From Pyrodictium delaneyi (GTDB lineage: Archaea > Thermoproteota > Thermoprotei_A > Sulfolobales > Pyrodictiaceae), in the NCBI GenBank assembly GCA_015661645.1, contig DQVR01000031.1, forward strand, positions 1 through 32,111: a DNA stretch of 32,111 nucleotides. Direction: 5' to 3'. A program made the translations under genes and the position numbers. Below the pieces are notes generated by a model. It was not told where the DNA came from. It did not search any database and saw only the letters and a program-made list of their open reading frames with translations. This document shows positions 27,597-32,111 of this stretch, piece by piece. Each line of letters starts with the position of its first letter. Within the stretch, counting starts at the first letter, position 1.

Positions 27597-28220
27597 CTAC
27601 ATGTCTTTTACAACTTCAACTATTCCTTCCCTTATCATTGCTATTGCTATTGCAGCGAGAAGTATCGACATTATCTTTGACAAGGCTATTGCGCCATTCT
27701 TGCCGAGCATATCCATTAGTTTCTGGCTATTGTTAAGCATAGCAAATGTTATGAGCGTGTTAACCGATATAGCTGCGATAGCGTAGTTAATACCATATAC
27801 AGCCTTGATGTAAAGGACTGTGGCTATTGCGGCAGGCCCGGCGAGTAGGGGTGTCGCAAGCGGAACCACAGCAATAGTCTCGGCTTCTTCCGGATGCTTT
27901 ATCATTGATGCTTCGGTCCACCCAAGTATTCCTGCCACACCGTATATTAGCAGTATTATGCCTCCTGAGATCCGGAAGTCGGCCACTGATAAGCCAAAGT
28001 AGGAGAGCAATACATCGCCTCCAAGGGCGAATGCTACTAGTATTAATGTCGCTATCTTACAGCTCTGACGCACTATAGCGCGTCGCTTCTCGTTAGAGAG
28101 TGTGGCAGTAAGCCCATAGAATAGAGGTGCATTGCCTAGAGGATCAATAGCTATGAATAAAATTATCAACGAGCGTATGAGCTGGTCAGCGTTTAGCGGC
28201 TCTATGCTGGCGCTCAGCAT
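27597..28220 (-). CDS. marC: MarC family integral membrane protein
   Basis: IDPLGNAPLF, FRISGGIILL, VVPLATPLLAGPAAIAT. Confidence 0.93.
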   Translation of the reverse strand: MLSASIEPLNADQLIRSLIILFIAIDPLGNAPLFYGLTATLSNEKRRAIVRQSCKIATLILVAFALGGDVLLSYFGLSVADFRISGGIILLIYGVAGILGWTEASMIKHPEEAETIAVVPLATPLLAGPAAIATVLYIKAVYGINYAIAAISVNTLITFAMLNNSQKLMDMLGKNGAIALSKIMSILLAAIAIAMIREGIVEVVKDM

Positions 28221-28545
28221 AACTGCTTAACGCCTCCACTATTCTATCTATTATCCTTGACCGGCACTGCTCCATGCATCTATTAAGGCATTCACTGTCG
28301 TCGGGACTACAACCTTTCTCGTATATGCACTCTGTCCTACATGCTCTATCGTTCAATAGTAGCGCATAGATGCCGTACTGTTGGCTTAATGCTGCATTGT
28401 TTATCAGCATGCCTATGCCTGAGGACTTGACAACGGTAAGAACGTCTTTTGGGTCGTCGAGACCGCGTTGGTAGATAAATCCATGGAAGGATTTGAAGGC
28501 CTGGGCGATTCTCCTAGCAAGCTCGGCGAGAGATTGTCGTTTCAT
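28186..28545 (-). CDS. Hypothetical Cys-rich protein
   Basis: 119 aa; six Cys in CRTEC-x5-C-x6-C-x3-C-x3-C; overlaps the marC start. Confidence 0.7.
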   Translation of the reverse strand: MKRQSLAELARRIAQAFKSFHGFIYQRGLDDPKDVLTVVKSSGIGMLINNAALSQQYGIYALLLNDRACRTECIYEKGCSPDDSECLNRCMEQCRSRIIDRIVEALSSYAERQHRAAKR

Positions 28546-28604
28546 CCCAGTGTGCCCCGTAAGGTATAGTATGGTGGCTCTAGCTAAAGCGGTTCAGTCT
28601 ATGC

Positions 28605-28817
28605 TTGGAGGCTCTCGGTGGCGCCGGGTTGGGTACGTGCAATGATACTGCTACGATAATAGCTGTGGTTGGTGTTGTGCTGGCGGTGGCTAGTATAGTA
28701 GCGCAGAGGGTACTTCTCCGGCGTAGTAGAAGGCCGGATGCGCTACAAATGGCTAATAGGGTAGCCTTACTGCTTGCATCCGTTGCTGTTATCTTGGCTT
28801 TGCTGCACTGTAGGTAA
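28605..28817 (+). CDS. Small membrane protein (2 TM), start uncertain
   Basis: Two hydrophobic helices separated by an Arg-rich loop. Confidence 0.5.
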   Translation: MEALGGAGLGTCNDTATIIAVVGVVLAVASIVAQRVLLRRSRRPDALQMANRVALLLASVAVILALLHCR

Positions 28818-28902
28818 AGGCCTAGACGGGCGCCTGCTCCTGTGGCGGTAGAGTTTAATGGCTGTAGGACCTTGTTGCAATGGATGGGGCGGCAAGAAAG
28901 CT

Positions 28903-29181
28903 ATGACGAGACAGCGTAGACATGTTTATGTAACACAGATAGAGGGAATGGCAGCTGTAGGGCTCTTAAAGAAATACTGGGTTGAAGAATGTGATACGCC
29001 TGGCATGAAGCGGATAGTTGCTGAAGATGAAGAAGGTGTGCAATACGAGACTCGTTGTGTCGACAGTCGAGCAGCAGGGAAGATTATACTGTACTTGGCT
29101 GATGCGAGCAAGTATAGTAGGGACGTAGTTGCTGTAGATAATATGGTTGAGAAGGACGAAGTTTTCGAGGAGGAGAACTAA
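28903..29181 (+). CDS. Hypothetical protein with acidic C-terminus
   Basis: ORF restarted at ATG 28903; 92 aa. Confidence 0.65.
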   Translation: MTRQRRHVYVTQIEGMAAVGLLKKYWVEECDTPGMKRIVAEDEEGVQYETRCVDSRAAGKIILYLADASKYSRDVVAVDNMVEKDEVFEEEN

Positions 29182-29223
29182 AGTTAAACCCCGACACAGC
29201 TACAGCCCGGGTGGTGGCAGTAT

Positions 29224-29571
29224 ATGGGTAAGCGTATGCGTATGACGTTGCCCAAAAAAGAGGATGACCTGCAAAAGGTTGTTGAAGAGGTAGCTGAAGC
29301 ACACCACGATCATGTGCATCACCACCATCACCACCATGGTGTTGAAGGGGTAGAGGAGATACTGCATACAGTAGATGTCCTAATGGATACAATGAATACA
29401 CGTATATCAGACCTTGAGGAGAAGACTGACAAGCTGCGAAACGAAGTAGTAAACCTCTACCGCCTATTTGCTACACTAGTAGAGGCGCTGGCTGCCGGAA
29501 ACGAAGAACAGAAAAAGAAGGCACTGGAAAAAGCCATGAACATACTTGAAACAAGTCTTAAACAAGTATAA
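29224..29571 (+). CDS. His-rich coiled-coil hypothetical protein
   Basis: HHDHVHHHHHHHG tract followed by a heptad-like helical region. Confidence 0.75.
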   Translation: MGKRMRMTLPKKEDDLQKVVEEVAEAHHDHVHHHHHHHGVEGVEEILHTVDVLMDTMNTRISDLEEKTDKLRNEVVNLYRLFATLVEALAAGNEEQKKKALEKAMNILETSLKQV

Positions 29572-29671
29572 GCCATTAGCGGCTTATAAAGTAGTCTTTC
29601 ATGATGCATATCTATGTCCTTAGCAGGCTCTAGCTTGTTAAGTAAATTATTAAGTAGATTACAACTTCTCA

Positions 29672-30679
29672 CTAGACATGTACACGCAATGGCTCTACAA
29701 AAGTTAATGCTTCCCTGGTGCCAATAACAAGTGCCTCGAGGTCGCCTTTACTAGTTGATATCTTTGACTTGATGCCGCGTACATGGAACACGCCTCCCTC
29801 ATAAAGCGGTGGTATGAACAATCCATCATACACAAGTATATATATGCCCTCTTGGGTCTCAACCACTGCAGGGAAATCGGCAAGGCTATAGCTGTATGAG
29901 TCTACATGTACGGTCGTTTCTACGATACTGTTACTTGTATGTACTATTCTTCTCTCCTCGCTCCATCGTAAGGAAGCGGACGCAAATGATAATGAAATAG
30001 TACGTTTGCCTAATACGAATCGTGACCAAGGACGATAAAGCTTGGCAATAATTTCTATAGGTAATCCTCGTGAAGAAGCCTCCCGGTAGCACCACTCAGC
30101 GAGCTGGGTATGAGGTAGAGGCCTTACACGGTTATATTGTATATGTTCTTCTAGCGCCTTTCTGCATAATGAGTTATCGATTACATAAATTATATCTATG
30201 TCTGAGAAGCTTTTGAGAGAAGCCATGAGTAAGGACCCTGTAGGCTTCCCGCACATTAGCAGCTCTGGTAAAACTGTAGACAAAAGGGACCATTCATTGT
30301 CTGAGAACCAGTCTAGCTCGGCCATAATTCTATATAGTGGGGGTGTGAGGCTGCATACAAGTCCTTTAAATGTAGTAAGGTCTTGTAGAGGCGCTGTAGC
30401 CCCATAGTAAGGTAGATACTCTTTATCCGCGATGGAAAATAGTGCGCTGATCTCGCGGGGAGAGTAAGTTCTTATGATGCGTCTAAGTGTGGTGAAATAA
30501 GGTATACTCCAAGGACCGTTGCCTGCGACGTACTTGGGTACTGTTATGACCTTTAAGCCATGTACACGACGCACGTAAAGCAATACACGTCCATCGTCGG
30601 CCACTAGGAGATCCCCGGGCGTTAATCGGAGTGATACATCTACTATTCTGTTGATCTTGCACCAAGAGGGTAGCCTCAT
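29672..30679 (-). CDS. Predicted nucleotidyltransferase (COG1665-like)
   Basis: VPKY motif and TGSLL...SFSDIDII Pol-beta-type motif; start reassigned to ATG 30679 because the longer ORF runs through the tRNA. Confidence 0.7.
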   Translation of the reverse strand: MRLPSWCKINRIVDVSLRLTPGDLLVADDGRVLLYVRRVHGLKVITVPKYVAGNGPWSIPYFTTLRRIIRTYSPREISALFSIADKEYLPYYGATAPLQDLTTFKGLVCSLTPPLYRIMAELDWFSDNEWSLLSTVLPELLMCGKPTGSLLMASLKSFSDIDIIYVIDNSLCRKALEEHIQYNRVRPLPHTQLAEWCYREASSRGLPIEIIAKLYRPWSRFVLGKRTISLSFASASLRWSEERRIVHTSNSIVETTVHVDSYSYSLADFPAVVETQEGIYILVYDGLFIPPLYEGGVFHVRGIKSKISTSKGDLEALVIGTREALTFVEPLRVHV

Positions 30680-30720
30680 GCAATCCCCGTCTCTGGCATC
30701 GTTCAGCGGAGTAGAAGGAG

Positions 30721-30798
30721 TGGCGGGCCCGCGGGGATTTGAACCCCGGACTACCGGCTCCGCAGGCCGGCGTCCTATCCTGGCTAGACTACGGGCCC
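30721..30798 (-). tRNA. tRNA-Arg (anticodon GCG), intronless, CCA encoded
   Basis: GGGCCCG acceptor stem, D arm TAGTCTAGCCAGGATAGGAC, anticodon arm CCGGC-CT-GCG-GA-GCCGG, T loop GTTCAAATC, 3' GCCA. Confidence 0.97.
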
Positions 30799-30937
30799 AC
30801 CTCTTTCTGCCATTATGGCTCTTCATACATGGTAGACCCTTTTAAGCGTTACATGTAATTCTGCGTTGCTTGGTGGCCTGTCATAAGTCAGCCACCTTAT
30901 ACGGTGTTACATCGGAGAGGCGTATAGGGGGCAGCAC

Positions 30938-32111
30938 GTGGCGAAGCGTGTAAGGAAGCGCGCTGGGGAGAGAAATCTGCTCGAGTTCCTCTCTCTAGCT
31001 AGGAAGGCGAACACGGCTGCAACCAATACGGGAAAACTGCATAGTCGTGTCCAGGGGTCGGTAAAGGCTAGTAAAGGCGCTAGGGAAAATGGTAAGCTAC
31101 AGGCTGGGCCTGGCAGCATAGAAGAATTCTATGAGAATAGGTTTCGTGAGCTTCTCTCCGAAATAACCACAGCTAAAAACGGAGTACATGATGATGAAAA
31201 ACCTGTCAATGAGAATGGTAAAAGCTACGCCAATAACAGTAACATAGCGGGTAGCTTTAATGGTGTAGCTCCTGCTACAGTACTGCGCGTCGACACGGCG
31301 CACAATACGTCAACGAGCAGCGCAAGTAGTAGACAAGATAGTAGTATCAGCAGTAGAGTAGCAACAGCGACAGATAGGCACGGTCCAACAGATATACCGC
31401 AGGCCTTAGAGTCAATTATAGCTGGCAAGCACGTAGGCTTCCTTGAAAAATTGTCATCGCTACCCATTGTCAGGAAGCCGGTAGAAGCTAGAGATGGTGT
31501 TGAGGGCTTCCTGCTGCAGACACTGTATGACAGTGAATCTGGTGTCGCAGCAGCTAAGGTTTATGATGATCGCGAGGGTATAGTATATCTCTACCGGGAT
31601 AAGACCGGATATAAGCCATACTTTCTAACAGATATACCGCCGGATAAGATACAAGAGATACATGATATTGTCCGGCATAAGGGCTTTGACCACGTGGAGG
31701 TTGTTGAAAAGTTTGATCTACTTAGATGGCAGCAGAGAAAGGTAACAAAGATAGTAGTCAAGTCTCCCGACGTGGTGAGAGTTCTTCGTGAAAAAGTTCC
31801 ACGTGCGTGGGAGGCTAACATAAAGTTTCACCACAACTACATATACGACTATGGTTTGATACCTGGCATGAGATACCGGATAGAAAATGGTAGACTAGTT
31901 GCCGTGGACATGGAATCAAATAAAAAAGACGAAAAATATATACGCGAAATATTCAAAGGCGAGGACGAGAGTACAATAGAAATGGCCGTTAAATGGTTCC
32001 CCCTATTCGAGCAGCCTCCCCCCAAGCCTCGTAGAGTAGCTATAGACATTGAGGTGTTTACACCTTTTAAAGGAAGAATACCGGATGCCTCAACGGCCAG
32101 CTATCCGGTTA
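30938..32111 (+). CDS. polB1: DNA polymerase B1 (crenarchaeal replicative PolB1), 5' part; runs off window; missing from ORF track
   Basis: Open frame from GTG 30938 with FLLQTLYD, TGYKPYFLTD, AWEANIKFHHNYIYD, LIPG, PRRVAIDIEV (Exo I). Confidence 0.93.
   Translation, partial: MAKRVRKRAGERNLLEFLSLARKANTAATNTGKLHSRVQGSVKASKGARENGKLQAGPGSIEEFYENRFRELLSEITTAKNGVHDDEKPVNENGKSYANNSNIAGSFNGVAPATVLRVDTAHNTSTSSASSRQDSSISSRVATATDRHGPTDIPQALESIIAGKHVGFLEKLSSLPIVRKPVEARDGVEGFLLQTLYDSESGVAAAKVYDDREGIVYLYRDKTGYKPYFLTDIPPDKIQEIHDIVRHKGFDHVEVVEKFDLLRWQQRKVTKIVVKSPDVVRVLREKVPRAWEANIKFHHNYIYDYGLIPGMRYRIENGRLVAVDMESNKKDEKYIREIFKGEDESTIEMAVKWFPLFEQPPPKPRRVAIDIEVFTPFKGRIPDASTASYPV

Noticed and set aside
30680-30826. 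N-terminal extension of the 384-aa ORF
   Set aside because: It is a translation through tRNA-Arg; the real start is more likely ATG 30679
30907-32049. Several short minus-strand ORFs
   Set aside because: Antisense shadows of polB1, which the ORF track missed because it has no stop in the window
1-32111. CRISPR arrays, IS elements, integrases, inteins, tRNA introns
   Set aside because: No regularly spaced repeats, transposase/integrase motifs or intein-sized insertions were seen; the tRNA is intronless. Other short ORFs antisense to long genes were treated as shadows

Overview
Core chromosomal region of a hyperthermophilic crenarchaeon (Desulfurococcales). The PolB1 N-terminus closely resembles my recollection of Pyrodictium occultum Pol I, so Pyrodictium is likely. 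It carries about 33 CDS, including the leuS 3' end, serS, glyA, ppsA, tetraether synthase (tes) next to two other radical SAM genes, geranylgeranyl reductase, Hsp20, ZPR1, a MoxR/VWA pair, two TatD paralogs, PBP1, and the 5' part of polB1, which is missing from the ORF track. tRNA-Arg(GCG) is also present. I saw no CRISPR, IS or integrase. The main hidden content is non-coding: ten box C/D guide sRNAs in the intergenic gaps, several with readable rRNA/tRNA targets. There are also two K-turn hairpin RNAs (about 1716-1778 and 12058-12116). Each has a single 3' antisense tail to 16S rRNA that stops right before a U and no ACA box, so they are candidate atypical single-guide pseudouridylation RNAs. 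All rRNA/tRNA target assignments rely on recalled crenarchaeal consensus sequences and must be checked against the host's own RNAs.
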